A stretch of DNA of 64,000 nucleotides from Patescibacteria group bacterium. Its GTDB lineage: Bacteria > Patescibacteriota > Microgenomatia > 2-02-FULL-39-11. Of this stretch, positions 27,806 to 36,619 are shown piece by piece (within the stretch, counting starts at the first letter, position 1; the number at the start of each line of letters is the position of its first letter). Made by a program: the position numbers and the translations under genes. The stretch spans positions 100,091-164,090 of the forward strand of contig JAMCUI010000009.1 of assembly GCA_023379265.1 (NCBI GenBank), given 5' to 3'. The notes beneath the pieces were generated by a model. The model saw only the letters and a list, made by a program, of their open reading frames with translations. It made no database searches and was not told where the DNA came from.

Positions 27806-27888
27806 TTTTTTGTTATCGCAAGGTTTATACTCATTAAATAATTTCCTGCTGATCGACTTGACGGATTTAAATCTGCTAACATATCAAC

Positions 27889-29124
27889 ATGGTGAAATTT
27901 TTCCATCCCAACAACCGTATAGTTTTTATTCTTCTGACAATGTTTCTGAATTTTCTGGGATTTTCTATCCTTTTTCCCATTATACCGTTTATGGTTGGAA
28001 ACTATATTTCCGATTCCCATGCTTTGGCTCTTTATGTAGGTCTTCTTCTTTCCATCTATGCTTTGTGCCAGTTTTTCGCGGCTCCCGCCTTGGGTGCTTT
28101 AAGCGATAGGTTCGGACGCAAGCCGATTCTCCTGATCAGCCTTTTTGGGTCATTTGTAGGGTATCTCATTTTGGGATTTGCGGGAGCTTTATGGATGTTG
28201 TTTTTAGGCAGGATAATAGATGGTTTGACGGGAGGCAATATCAGTACTATTTATGCCTATATGGCAGATATCACTAAGCCTCAGGAAAGGGGAAAATATT
28301 TTGGGCTTTTGGGAGCTGCAGGAGGTGCCGGGATGATCTTCGGCCCGGCGATAGGAGGTTATTTAGGGACTTTTCATCTTTCAGTTCCGCTTTTTATTGC
28401 TGCGGCAGTGACGCTTCTTGATATACTTTTTGGATATTTTGTCCTGCCGGAGAGTCTTTCTGCAGAACATAAAATTGATCATTTTGATTTGACTCATCTG
28501 AACCCTTTCCAACAATTTTCACATGTATTTTCTCTTTCAATTTTGAAGAGGTTATTTTTAGTAGGTTTTATTTTCTTTGTTGCCATGAATGGGATGTATG
28601 GCACAAACGCGGTATTTCTGAAAGACGTCTTTGTCTGGAATACTGCACAGATTGGAACGATACTTTTTATGATCGGTTTTGTGGATATATTCAGCCAGGG
28701 GTTCCTCATAAATAAACTTTTGCCCAAATTCGGGGAAACTAAAGTAGCAATTTTGGGATTAGTGATGACATTGATAGGGTTTTTTATGGCATCGGCTACC
28801 TCTTTTCTTACTCTTCCTTTTCTTATCTATTTTGCACTTATAATTCTCAATATAGGCGATGGTCTGTTTGAACCAAGTCAAAATGGATTGATGTCAAACT
28901 CTGTTGGTCCCAGGATGCAGGGACGGGTCCAAGGAGCAAATCAAGGCATGCAGTCCATAGCAAGAATTGTTGGTCCGTTTATTGCCGCCTACATATACCG
29001 TTACTGGAGGGGACTGCCTTTTTTCTCAGAAGGAATATTTGTGGTAATTGCACTGATAATATTATTTTTTTCCATTTCCACCATAATGTCACATAAGATT
29101 ACAGAAGAAGTTAATACTGTATAA
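27889..29124 (+). CDS. MFS efflux transporter (DHA1-like, 12 TM)
   Basis: Motif A GALSDRFGRKPILLISL. 411 aa. Confidence 0.8.
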   Translation: MVKFFHPNNRIVFILLTMFLNFLGFSILFPIIPFMVGNYISDSHALALYVGLLLSIYALCQFFAAPALGALSDRFGRKPILLISLFGSFVGYLILGFAGALWMLFLGRIIDGLTGGNISTIYAYMADITKPQERGKYFGLLGAAGGAGMIFGPAIGGYLGTFHLSVPLFIAAAVTLLDILFGYFVLPESLSAEHKIDHFDLTHLNPFQQFSHVFSLSILKRLFLVGFIFFVAMNGMYGTNAVFLKDVFVWNTAQIGTILFMIGFVDIFSQGFLINKLLPKFGETKVAILGLVMTLIGFFMASATSFLTLPFLIYFALIILNIGDGLFEPSQNGLMSNSVGPRMQGRVQGANQGMQSIARIVGPFIAAYIYRYWRGLPFFSEGIFVVIALIILFFSISTIMSHKITEEVNTV

Positions 29125-29241
29125 TCGATGCAAAATTGCCTCTTCAATTTTAATTATCTAAGAATTCAATTAATAACATGACTAAGAAGTGGAAAATCTG
29201 CAACAAGGGACATAAATTCCAGGGGTACGGGTTTTGTCCAG

Positions 29242-29946
29242 TCAAAGTTTGGATAATTCAATCTTTGCTTTCATTTCCTCTCCAGATGAAATGAATTTAT
29301 TTTTTTCCATCTCCGACAGGACTATTTCCGCTCGGGTTATGGCGTCGTCTTTATTTGCACTAAGATAGCTGGGAGCGTTTATGAGCGCAAGAAGATATGT
29401 GGCTTGGGGGAGAGTGACTTTGTCCGGTGTGGTATGAAAATAAGTTTCGGAAGCATTGTATATGCCATATGCATGTTTTCCGTAATAGATGGCATTGAGA
29501 TATATAGTAATAATCTGATTCTTGGAGTATTTTCTGGTTATAAACAACGCAAGAATTTTTGACTTGATATCGGTTTGCCAGTTGTCGGTGTTGTCAAAAT
29601 AAAGGTTTTTAGCGAGTTGTTCGGTTATGGTACTTGCTCCCTGTCTTTTTCCAGAGGTGAATGTAAAGAAAAGAGCTCGGATGGAACCGATAAGATCGAT
29701 GCCCGAGTCAGAATAAAAGCGTTTATCCTGAGAAGCTAGAGCAGAATCTTTGATTTTTTGGCTAATTTTATCCGATTGGACATAGCGTATATGGAATTTC
29801 TTAATTTGTATTTGGAATCTTTGAGGAAGTTCATTTGTCAGCATGTTTGCCGGAGGAATAACAAATTTGAATAAAGTCAGAGAGGTAATAATAATTATCA
29901 GAATAAATACGCTCAAAATCCGTAAATAAGATATTTTTTCTTTCAT
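29242..29946 (-). CDS. Monofunctional peptidoglycan glycosyltransferase (GT51 transglycosylase)
   Basis: N-terminal TM. GT51 motifs ...GASTITEQLAKNLYF... and ...RKILE... Confidence 0.8.
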   Translation of the reverse strand: MKEKISYLRILSVFILIIIITSLTLFKFVIPPANMLTNELPQRFQIQIKKFHIRYVQSDKISQKIKDSALASQDKRFYSDSGIDLIGSIRALFFTFTSGKRQGASTITEQLAKNLYFDNTDNWQTDIKSKILALFITRKYSKNQIITIYLNAIYYGKHAYGIYNASETYFHTTPDKVTLPQATYLLALINAPSYLSANKDDAITRAEIVLSEMEKNKFISSGEEMKAKIELSKL

Positions 29947-29976
29947 ATAAATAATGATGTATTATAACAATTAAGC

Positions 29977-30909
29977 ATGAAGAGCCCTATGAAAAAGTAT
30001 TTTCTTTTATTTGCTTCAGTTTTTATAGGATTTTGTGCGTTTTGGTTTTATAAAAATAATTCCAGCCGATTTCTAAAGTTACCGTCAACATGGCAGATTT
30101 CTGGGGGAAAGGGAGTTTTTTCAGGAAAGATAATGGGTAACAGTTTTGATCATATTGCCGTTATAGTTATGGAGAATAAATCTTTCAAGGATATTGTAGG
30201 GAATAGATCCGCTCCATATATTAATTCCCTAATTCCGGAATATAGTCTTTTAGGTAATTACCATGCGGTAGCTCATCCCAGTTTACCCAATTATATTGCC
30301 CTTGTGGGTGGAAGTACTTTTGGAATAGAGAGTGACTGTACGGATTGTTTCATAAAGGGAAATAACCTAGCGAATCAATTGGAACAGTATCACAAAACTT
30401 GGAAAGCATACATGGAGTCAATGCCATCTATATGCTTTATAGGAGGTAGTGGACTATATGTCCAGAAACATAATCCATTTATTTATTTTAACGATATACG
30501 GAATAATAAAGAAAGATGTGATAATATTGTACCTTTTAGTAAATTAGAATCTGATTTGAAATCAAATGTTCCCAATTTTATCTTTATAAGTCCAAATTTA
30601 TGCAATGATATGCATGAATGCTCTACAGCAATAGGAGACAAATGGTTGTCTGTCCAAATTCCGATGATTTTGAATTCATCTGCTTTCAACAAACAAAAAT
30701 CATTGCTTATTCTGACTTGGGATGAGGATGACGGTTTAGAAGACAACAAGGTAGCTGCTATATTCATTGGAAGTGGAATCAAAAAGGGGTATGTTTCTCA
30801 GATTTATTACACTCATTATTCCTTACTTCATACAATTGAAAACCTATGGGGATTGTCTCCGCTTACAGAAAATGTCTCCCAAAGCGCAGTAATTTCGGAT
30901 GTGTTTTGA
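29977..30909 (+). CDS. Secreted phosphoesterase-family protein (PF04185, phospholipase C / AcpA acid-phosphatase-like)
   Basis: N-terminal TM/signal. ...HIAVIVMENKSFKDIVG...HPSLPNYIALVGG... Paralog of 36620..37552. Confidence 0.7.
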   Translation: MKSPMKKYFLLFASVFIGFCAFWFYKNNSSRFLKLPSTWQISGGKGVFSGKIMGNSFDHIAVIVMENKSFKDIVGNRSAPYINSLIPEYSLLGNYHAVAHPSLPNYIALVGGSTFGIESDCTDCFIKGNNLANQLEQYHKTWKAYMESMPSICFIGGSGLYVQKHNPFIYFNDIRNNKERCDNIVPFSKLESDLKSNVPNFIFISPNLCNDMHECSTAIGDKWLSVQIPMILNSSAFNKQKSLLILTWDEDDGLEDNKVAAIFIGSGIKKGYVSQIYYTHYSLLHTIENLWGLSPLTENVSQSAVISDVF

Positions 30910-30926
30910 AACGACCCTCGGAATAT

Positions 30927-31808
30927 TTAGGGAGTAATGGTTGCAGGAGATCCGGTTGCCGTGGAGGTAGGGGTTTTCGTAATAATTACAGAAGGAGTTT
31001 GTACAGTTGCTGACGAAGAAGAAACTGGTTGTCCAGCAATGATAAGTTCGTGGAATAGAGTTCTCATCTGGGAGAAGTCAGAGCGGATTTTGGCAAAACC
31101 TGCCCGTACTACTTGGGCAATATCCTGTCTCACCTGAGCAAATGTTGTTTCTGCGCCTGACGTACCTGAATTGACAGAAACATTTTGGACAGTTGTTATG
31201 TCGTTTGTGAGCGTTGTATTAATAGTTTGCAGTTGAGAAGACGCATCGTTTAACAGGCTTTGTAATTGCGATACGTTTTTTCCCTGAGACTGAAAAGTGT
31301 TGATAAGATTCTGAATCTGGGGAACAAGAACCTGGATATTTGCCGTGACTGTTTGTAGGTTGTTGATGACAATAAGAAGACGAATTTTTGGTTCAAAAAC
31401 CGCATAGATATAATAGCCAGTAATTATTTGTTTAGCATCTGTTCTTGCTGTCGCAAAATCGGTGTCAGCATCAATTTTTGCCTTCAGAGTGGTGAGGCCG
31501 TTAATGTCTGTCTGAATTTCTGCCGAAAGACTGCTTTTTTCACTGGAAGTTAATTTAGAATCGTTTTGTACGCGGTTGTTGAGATTGGTAAGTGATGTCA
31601 GGCGGTTGGTAATAAGTGTGTCTGCCCGCTGAATAATATTTTGTAATTGGTTTTCCTGGCGCTGTGCCGTCTTTGTCGCCTGGTTTTCTAATCTATTTAC
31701 GTCCCGTATGAGCCCGTTACCGAAGTTTTGAGCAAAAACAGGTAAAGCGCTTGAGGCAATAAATGTTCCGGCAAAAGCTGTAGCGGCAATAAATTGTTTA
31801 AGTCTCAT
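30927..31808 (-). CDS. Secreted coiled-coil (Q/N/T/L-rich) protein with Ser/Thr-rich C-terminus
   Basis: Signal peptide MRLKQFIAATAFAGTFIASSALPVFAQ. Long heptad-like Q/N/L-rich segments. Tail PTSTATGSPATITP. Confidence 0.5.
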   Translation of the reverse strand: MRLKQFIAATAFAGTFIASSALPVFAQNFGNGLIRDVNRLENQATKTAQRQENQLQNIIQRADTLITNRLTSLTNLNNRVQNDSKLTSSEKSSLSAEIQTDINGLTTLKAKIDADTDFATARTDAKQIITGYYIYAVFEPKIRLLIVINNLQTVTANIQVLVPQIQNLINTFQSQGKNVSQLQSLLNDASSQLQTINTTLTNDITTVQNVSVNSGTSGAETTFAQVRQDIAQVVRAGFAKIRSDFSQMRTLFHELIIAGQPVSSSSATVQTPSVIITKTPTSTATGSPATITP

Positions 31809-32227
31809 AATCCGTTTGTACTATCTTGAGATTTATCGATGTTATTAATACTGTTTAGATCGGTATCTGTTTGATTGATGGCTTGTTGCATAGTAGTGTC
31901 TGTGTTATTTAGCGTCTGATCAACATTTGAGGAAGTTATTGGGGTAACAGCTGGGGTAGTAATAGCAGTCGGATAAACTGCCACTGGTAAACTTGTTGGT
32001 TGCGGATTCACGGTTGTCTGCGTTTTTTTACCACTCATCATCAAAGTGTAACTTCCGGCAACAAAAAGAATAAGGACAATAAGAGCTAAAATGATATAAA
32101 TATGCTTTTGATTCCTAGGTTTTGCAGGATTTTGTGCAGTTGCAACCGGCGTTTCTTGAGGAGGATTTGATGGAGCATCTTGTGGGATGTTTGGTGTGGG
32201 TGAAGGGTTGGCAGATTGTGTTTCCAT
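31805..32227 (-). CDS. Pro/Thr-rich single-pass membrane protein (cytoplasmic Pro-rich N-terminus, extracellular Thr/Asn-rich C-terminus)
   Basis: 140 aa. TM IYIILALIVLILFVAGSYTLMM. 4-nt overlap with the downstream coiled-coil gene. Confidence 0.4.
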   Translation of the reverse strand: METQSANPSPTPNIPQDAPSNPPQETPVATAQNPAKPRNQKHIYIILALIVLILFVAGSYTLMMSGKKTQTTVNPQPTSLPVAVYPTAITTPAVTPITSSNVDQTLNNTDTTMQQAINQTDTDLNSINNIDKSQDSTNGL

Positions 32228-32267
32228 AATTTACTGATAGTGGAAATTATATCCCCTTAAAAACTAG

Positions 32268-32295
32268 TTGACAATATATCGAATAGTGATATAAT
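32268..32295 (+). promoter_or_regulatory. Near-consensus sigma-70 promoter (TTGACA-16-TGaTATAAT) positioned for a leaderless PadR transcript
   Basis: TTGACA at 32268-32273. Extended -10 TGATATAAT at 32287-32295. PadR ATG at 32303. Confidence 0.5.
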
Positions 32296-32302
32296 TTGGA
32301 TT

Positions 32303-32674
32303 ATGAGCAAAAACAAAACCTTTGCCAACCCCAATGTCTCACTCACTCCCCAGATTTTTTATATCTTATTGTCTTTGGCTACAAAAGATCGCCACGGATA
32401 TGACATCATGAAACAGGTAGCCATTGATTCCCAAAATAAAATAAGGCTGGGTCCAGGTACGCTTTATGGTGCAATAAAAAGGATGTTGGAAGAGAAATTA
32501 ATCACAGCGGTTAGATCAGATGACAAAAGACGCAAATATTACCGGCTTACTGGGAAAGGCAGGACGATCTTTTCCGGAGAGTTAAACAGATACAATAATG
32601 CCGTCATTCTGGCAAGAAACAGAAGATTATTTAGTGGATTTTCAACTGTCCTCTTAAATCCAATATATGAATAA
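32303..32674 (+). CDS. PadR-family transcriptional regulator
   Basis: ...PQIFYILLSLATKDRHGYDIMKQV...LGPGTLYGAIKRMLEEKLI... Confidence 0.8.
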   Translation: MSKNKTFANPNVSLTPQIFYILLSLATKDRHGYDIMKQVAIDSQNKIRLGPGTLYGAIKRMLEEKLITAVRSDDKRRKYYRLTGKGRTIFSGELNRYNNAVILARNRRLFSGFSTVLLNPIYE

Positions 32675-33368
32675 AGCGAGAGATTGGATTTTATCTTTGC
32701 CAGTTTATACATTTTATAGCATGTTGCTTTTGTTTTATCCTCCAGATTACCGCAGAAAATTCGGGCAGGAGATGTTTCTTACTTTCCAGGATATGTACCG
32801 TGAGGAGATGATGGAGAAAGGAAAAGCGAGTACCGGTTTCTGGTTGGAGGTAATTGGTGATGCTTTTTCCAGTGCAGTGGGTCAGCATTTACAGATGATT
32901 CAAAAACAAGGTGTAAGAAAGTATTCACGCAAAACACTCAATTTGAATAAATACAATATTATTGGCGGAATTTTACTTTTACCGGCATTTGGTATATTTG
33001 CCCTAGACATAGTTTCGCGCGTCCTTCAGGGGGATATTGTCCATTACAACCGGGCGTTATATGCGTTTCTATCTCATACCCCTTTGTATAGGACTCCTAT
33101 CCTTTTTTCCTGGGTGATACTTTTTCCATTATTGGCAGTGCTGATAAATCTTGTTCCGGTGATAAATTATTTCAGACGAAAACATACGGTGAAAATAAGC
33201 GTTTTATTTATAGAGAGAAATCTTATCAGCATTGCAATTTTGGGAGTAGGATTGTTTTTCCTTGCTATTGTCAAGCTGCATGATTTTGCCCCCTGCATGC
33301 TTCACGGATTGTTAAAGTTCGGGGGAAGTCAAATGCTGAAAATAATTTCAGTTTGCAGCAAGGCTTGA
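32667..33368 (+). CDS. Multi-TM membrane protein co-transcribed with PadR
   Basis: 233 aa. Overlaps the PadR gene by 8 nt. Confidence 0.5.
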   Translation: MNKARDWILSLPVYTFYSMLLLFYPPDYRRKFGQEMFLTFQDMYREEMMEKGKASTGFWLEVIGDAFSSAVGQHLQMIQKQGVRKYSRKTLNLNKYNIIGGILLLPAFGIFALDIVSRVLQGDIVHYNRALYAFLSHTPLYRTPILFSWVILFPLLAVLINLVPVINYFRRKHTVKISVLFIERNLISIAILGVGLFFLAIVKLHDFAPCMLHGLLKFGGSQMLKIISVCSKA

Positions 33369-33369
33369 T

Positions 33370-33633
33370 ATGAAAAAAAAGATATTGATTATTACCGGAG
33401 TTTTAGTTTTATTAGTTTTTATTTTTGTCATTTATCAGATTAGAACCCTTCAAAAAGCCCACAGTACTTTTGAAAATTATTATGTTTTCAGAGGGTGTAT
33501 AAAATTGGTAAAGAAGACAGATGATTGGGGACTTTGTCAATTACCCTCCGGTCGGATTATCAAACTTGTCAAGTTTCAAGACAAATGGTATCTGGATGGA
33601 GATTTACCAATTTACCGTTTTAATTTCCTCTAA
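33370..33633 (+). CDS. Small membrane-anchored protein (87 aa)
   Basis: N-terminal TM ILIITGVLVLLVFIFVIY. Starts 2 nt after the previous stop. Confidence 0.35.
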   Translation: MKKKILIITGVLVLLVFIFVIYQIRTLQKAHSTFENYYVFRGCIKLVKKTDDWGLCQLPSGRIIKLVKFQDKWYLDGDLPIYRFNFL

Positions 33634-33665
33634 TAAACACTTCTGGTTGCCTCCCTATTTAAGTC

Positions 33666-33698
33666 TTGACTTAACAAAAATCTATTGTAAGATAGATT
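33666..33698 (+). promoter_or_regulatory. Promoter (TTGACT...TAAGAT) with perfect inverted repeat AATCTAT-tgtaag-ATAGATT overlapping the -10: putative ArsR operator
   Basis: Inverted repeat at 33679-33685 / 33692-33698. ATG at 33703, likely leaderless. Confidence 0.4.
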
Positions 33699-33702
33699 AC
33701 AA

Positions 33703-34065
33703 ATGGATATTTTTTCAGCTTTGGCTGAACCAAGACGGAGGGAGATTATTGAACTTTTGGCTCATAATGGTCAAATGACCGCTTCCGACATTAGCGATAA
33801 TTTCCATATCAGTTCTCCGGCTGTTTCCCAACATCTGAAAGTGCTCCGCCTGACGGATTTGGTGGAAGTGGAAAAACAATCGCAGAAAAGAATTTATAGA
33901 CTAAACCTGCAAAAAGTAGATGAGCTCGAAACGTGGGTTCTACAGTTACAAAAGAGCTGGGAGGATAAATTTGATAAGCTGGATAAAATAATTGAAGATG
34001 AAAAAGCAAAATTACAAACATTAAAAACTACCACAAAAGCAAAAAGGAGAAAATATGCCAGATGA
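33703..34065 (+). CDS. ArsR/SmtB-family transcriptional regulator
   Basis: ...LAEPRRREIIELLAHNGQMTASDISDNFHISSPAVSQHLKVLRLTDLVEVEKQSQKRIYRLN... Confidence 0.8.
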   Translation: MDIFSALAEPRRREIIELLAHNGQMTASDISDNFHISSPAVSQHLKVLRLTDLVEVEKQSQKRIYRLNLQKVDELETWVLQLQKSWEDKFDKLDKIIEDEKAKLQTLKTTTKAKRRKYAR

Positions 34066-34552
34066 ATCCAAAAAGGAACTGGTAATGACCCGGGTTTTTG
34101 ATGCTCCGCGGGAGCTGGTTTTCAAAGCTTGGACGGATCCGCATTTGATAACAAAATGGTGGGGGCCAAGAGGGGTCTTTATACCGGTTTGTGAGGTAGA
34201 CGCAAAACCAGGCGGAAATATCAATATTGTTATGGAGGCGGATGAAACCTTGGGAAAGTTCAAGGGGACGAAGTGGCCGATGGAGGGAAAATTTGAAGAA
34301 ATTGAAAAACCTTCAAAAATTGTGTTTACCGCAAATGCGGTAAATGAAGGTAGAGTGATTCTTGAGCACAAGACTACAGTGACTTTTGAGGAGGAAAACG
34401 GAAAGACAACGATGAAAGTACACGTTGTTGTCACAAAAGCACTTCCTGGTTCAGAATTTGCAATAAAGGGTATGGAACAGGGATGGAGAGAGCAGTTTGA
34501 TAAACTGGTAGAATTTATCAGACAGGGAGGCAAAGAAGGTGAGTATAGATGA
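34055..34552 (+). CDS. SRPBCC-superfamily protein, AHSA1 (activator of Hsp90 ATPase homolog)-like domain
   Basis: ...LVMTRVFDAPRELVFKAWTDPHLITKWWGP... Classic ArsR-AHSA1 gene pair with an 11-nt overlap. Confidence 0.75.
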   Translation: MPDESKKELVMTRVFDAPRELVFKAWTDPHLITKWWGPRGVFIPVCEVDAKPGGNINIVMEADETLGKFKGTKWPMEGKFEEIEKPSKIVFTANAVNEGRVILEHKTTVTFEEENGKTTMKVHVVVTKALPGSEFAIKGMEQGWREQFDKLVEFIRQGGKEGEYR

Positions 34553-35013
34553 ACAAGTATATAGTTGATTTTATAAATGTTTCTACGGTTGGTTTAGAGT
34601 CTTCACCTGTTGCAAAAGCTCTTGCAGGACTGCGTGCCAATGAAGCCCGTTACTTTATGAATAAATACAATCATAAATTTACGGTTGTACCAGCTATCGA
34701 AAGCAAGGAGACTCTTGATTATGTAAATAAAATTTTGAAGGAAGAACGTGATATTGAATTTGTGGCCAAACCTTTAGAGACGTCTCGTTTTCAAGTAAAA
34801 AATATTAAATGGACTTACGTCTTTTATGAGGACGGTCTTGGAGTAAACATCTTGTATACGGTTGATGATCCCAAGAAGAGGGCAGTTGGTTTTAAACTTT
34901 CTGAGGGTATGGAAATACCAAAAGAGTTAGGGAAGTTTAAGTTTGCGAAGCAGAAGTCTAAACTAGCTGGGACAATTCGAGGTTCGTATTTTGTAATTAA
35001 AGGTGAATATTAA
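34549..35013 (+). CDS. Hypothetical protein (154 aa)
   Basis: Open frame overlapping the upstream stop by 4 nt. No recognisable motif. Confidence 0.4.
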   Translation: MNKYIVDFINVSTVGLESSPVAKALAGLRANEARYFMNKYNHKFTVVPAIESKETLDYVNKILKEERDIEFVAKPLETSRFQVKNIKWTYVFYEDGLGVNILYTVDDPKKRAVGFKLSEGMEIPKELGKFKFAKQKSKLAGTIRGSYFVIKGEY

Positions 35014-35137
35014 AAAGCAACGGGAATAGTTGGTAGTTAGTTGTTGGTGGTTGGTGGATAGTTTTTTGTGAGATTTCTCACAGAATTCCCGTGATAGGAG
35101 ATTAAACTTTTCCATAAAAGAAAGGAGGTGATTTTAA

Positions 35138-35542
35138 ATGTCACGACTTCATCCTTATTTAAATTTTAACGGCCAGGGTTTTGCAGCAATGAATTTTTAT
35201 CATTCGATTTTCGGCGGAGAGCTGAAAACCCAAAGTTACGGTGAATCCGGTCAGGCAAGAAAGGAATCCGAAAAAAAATTACTCATGCATGCGGAGCTTA
35301 AAACGGACAATTTCACTATTTTAGCAAGTGACGGAAACGAGGAGCACAAAGTGACAATGGGTAACAGTGTCAATATGTGCCTTGTGGGAAATGAAGCCAA
35401 ACAGTTGACGGATTATTTTAACAAGCTGGCAGAGGGAGGGAAAATCACTATGCCTCTGGCAAAGCAATTTTGGGGTGATACGTATGGAATGCTAACTGAT
35501 AAATTCGGAATCCACTGGATGGTAAATATATCAGCAAAATGA
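35138..35542 (+). CDS. VOC/glyoxalase-superfamily protein, PhnB-like (3-demethylubiquinone-9 3-methyltransferase domain family)
   Basis: ...HPYLNFNGQGFAAMNFYHSIFGGEL...FWGDTYGMLTDKFGIHWMVN... Strong SD AAGGAGGTG upstream. Confidence 0.65.
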   Translation: MSRLHPYLNFNGQGFAAMNFYHSIFGGELKTQSYGESGQARKESEKKLLMHAELKTDNFTILASDGNEEHKVTMGNSVNMCLVGNEAKQLTDYFNKLAEGGKITMPLAKQFWGDTYGMLTDKFGIHWMVNISAK

Positions 35543-35649
35543 ACTGAATAAATAAAGTTCATCCATTCATTCAAGACTTATTAACAGGATAGGCTTAAGA
35601 ATAAGGGTAAATTTATTATTGGAAATTAATTGAAGGGAGGTGAAAAGAA

Positions 35650-36021
35650 ATGTTGAGTTTGAATTCTTTAATGATTTTTTCAGAGGACCCCAAAAAATTG
35701 AATGAATTTTACAAGAAAGTATTCCAGAAAGAAAATGACATGGAGGATGGCGGATATTATGGATTTGTAGCGGGAAATACTTTCCTGGGTTTTGGACCTC
35801 ATAATAAGGTCAAAGGGATGAGTAAAAATCCGGAGCGTATGATGCTCAACTTTGATACAAAAGACGTAAAGGGAGAATTTGTGAGGATAAAAAAGCTTGG
35901 AGCAAAAGTGATCGCAGAGCCTTATCAGATGCTCGGTTCTGATATGTGGATTGCGACATTTGCCGATCCTGACGGAAATTATTTCCAATTGACTACGCCC
36001 TGGGAAGGAGATAAGAAATGA
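35650..36021 (+). CDS. Glyoxalase/bleomycin-resistance (VOC) family protein
   Basis: ...ATFADPDGNYFQL... SD GAAGGGAGGTG upstream. Confidence 0.65.
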   Translation: MLSLNSLMIFSEDPKKLNEFYKKVFQKENDMEDGGYYGFVAGNTFLGFGPHNKVKGMSKNPERMMLNFDTKDVKGEFVRIKKLGAKVIAEPYQMLGSDMWIATFADPDGNYFQLTTPWEGDKK

Positions 36022-36590
36022 GAGAAATAAGTATGTTTACGATGGTTTCCCTTGACGGCTTTTTTGAGGGTAAAGGTCATGATTTGAGTTGGCATAAAGT
36101 GGATAGCGAGTTTAACAATTTTGCTATCAGACAACTGAAAGAAGCTGATACGCTTATTATGGGAAGTAAAACGTATCAGCTTATGGAAGGTTTTTGGCCG
36201 ACGAAGGCAGGACTTAGGGAAAACCCTGTTGTTGCCCGGATGATGAATACAATGCAAAAAATCGTATTTTCAAAAACTCTTGGAAAAGTGAAAGAAACTG
36301 AATACTGGAAAAACGTTAGGCTTGTGAAAAATAATGTCGCAGGAGAATTAAAAAAGCTTAAAAAACTTCCCGGGAAGGATTTGCTGATTCTGGCAAGCAG
36401 TAATTTATGCACCACTTTATTGGAGATGGATCTTTTGGATGAGTTGCGGATTATGATAAATCCTGTGGTTATAGGAAATGGTACCAGATTGTTCGAAGGT
36501 TTCAAATTTAAATTAAGTCTTAGTCTTTTTAACACAAAAACATTCGGCAACGGTAACGTGCTTTTGTATTACAGAGTTTCTCCTCAATAA
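36018..36590 (+). CDS. Dihydrofolate-reductase-like protein (RibD C-terminal domain family)
   Basis: ...MFTMVSLDGFFEG...LIMGSKTYQLM... Confidence 0.7.
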   Translation: MREISMFTMVSLDGFFEGKGHDLSWHKVDSEFNNFAIRQLKEADTLIMGSKTYQLMEGFWPTKAGLRENPVVARMMNTMQKIVFSKTLGKVKETEYWKNVRLVKNNVAGELKKLKKLPGKDLLILASSNLCTTLLEMDLLDELRIMINPVVIGNGTRLFEGFKFKLSLSLFNTKTFGNGNVLLYYRVSPQ

Positions 36591-36619
36591 ATATATACAT
36601 TAATCTTCTCAAGCGATCT

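Noticed and set aside
29125-29241. Possible bidirectional terminator between the convergent MFS and transglycosylase genes (GGACA...TGTCC)
   Set aside because: The stem is only 5 bp with a 22-nt loop and no flanking U/A runs. Too weak to call.
34021-34533. 170-aa minus-strand ORF
   Set aside because: Antisense to the AHSA1/SRPBCC gene, which has a clear family signature. The minus-strand product is low-complexity.
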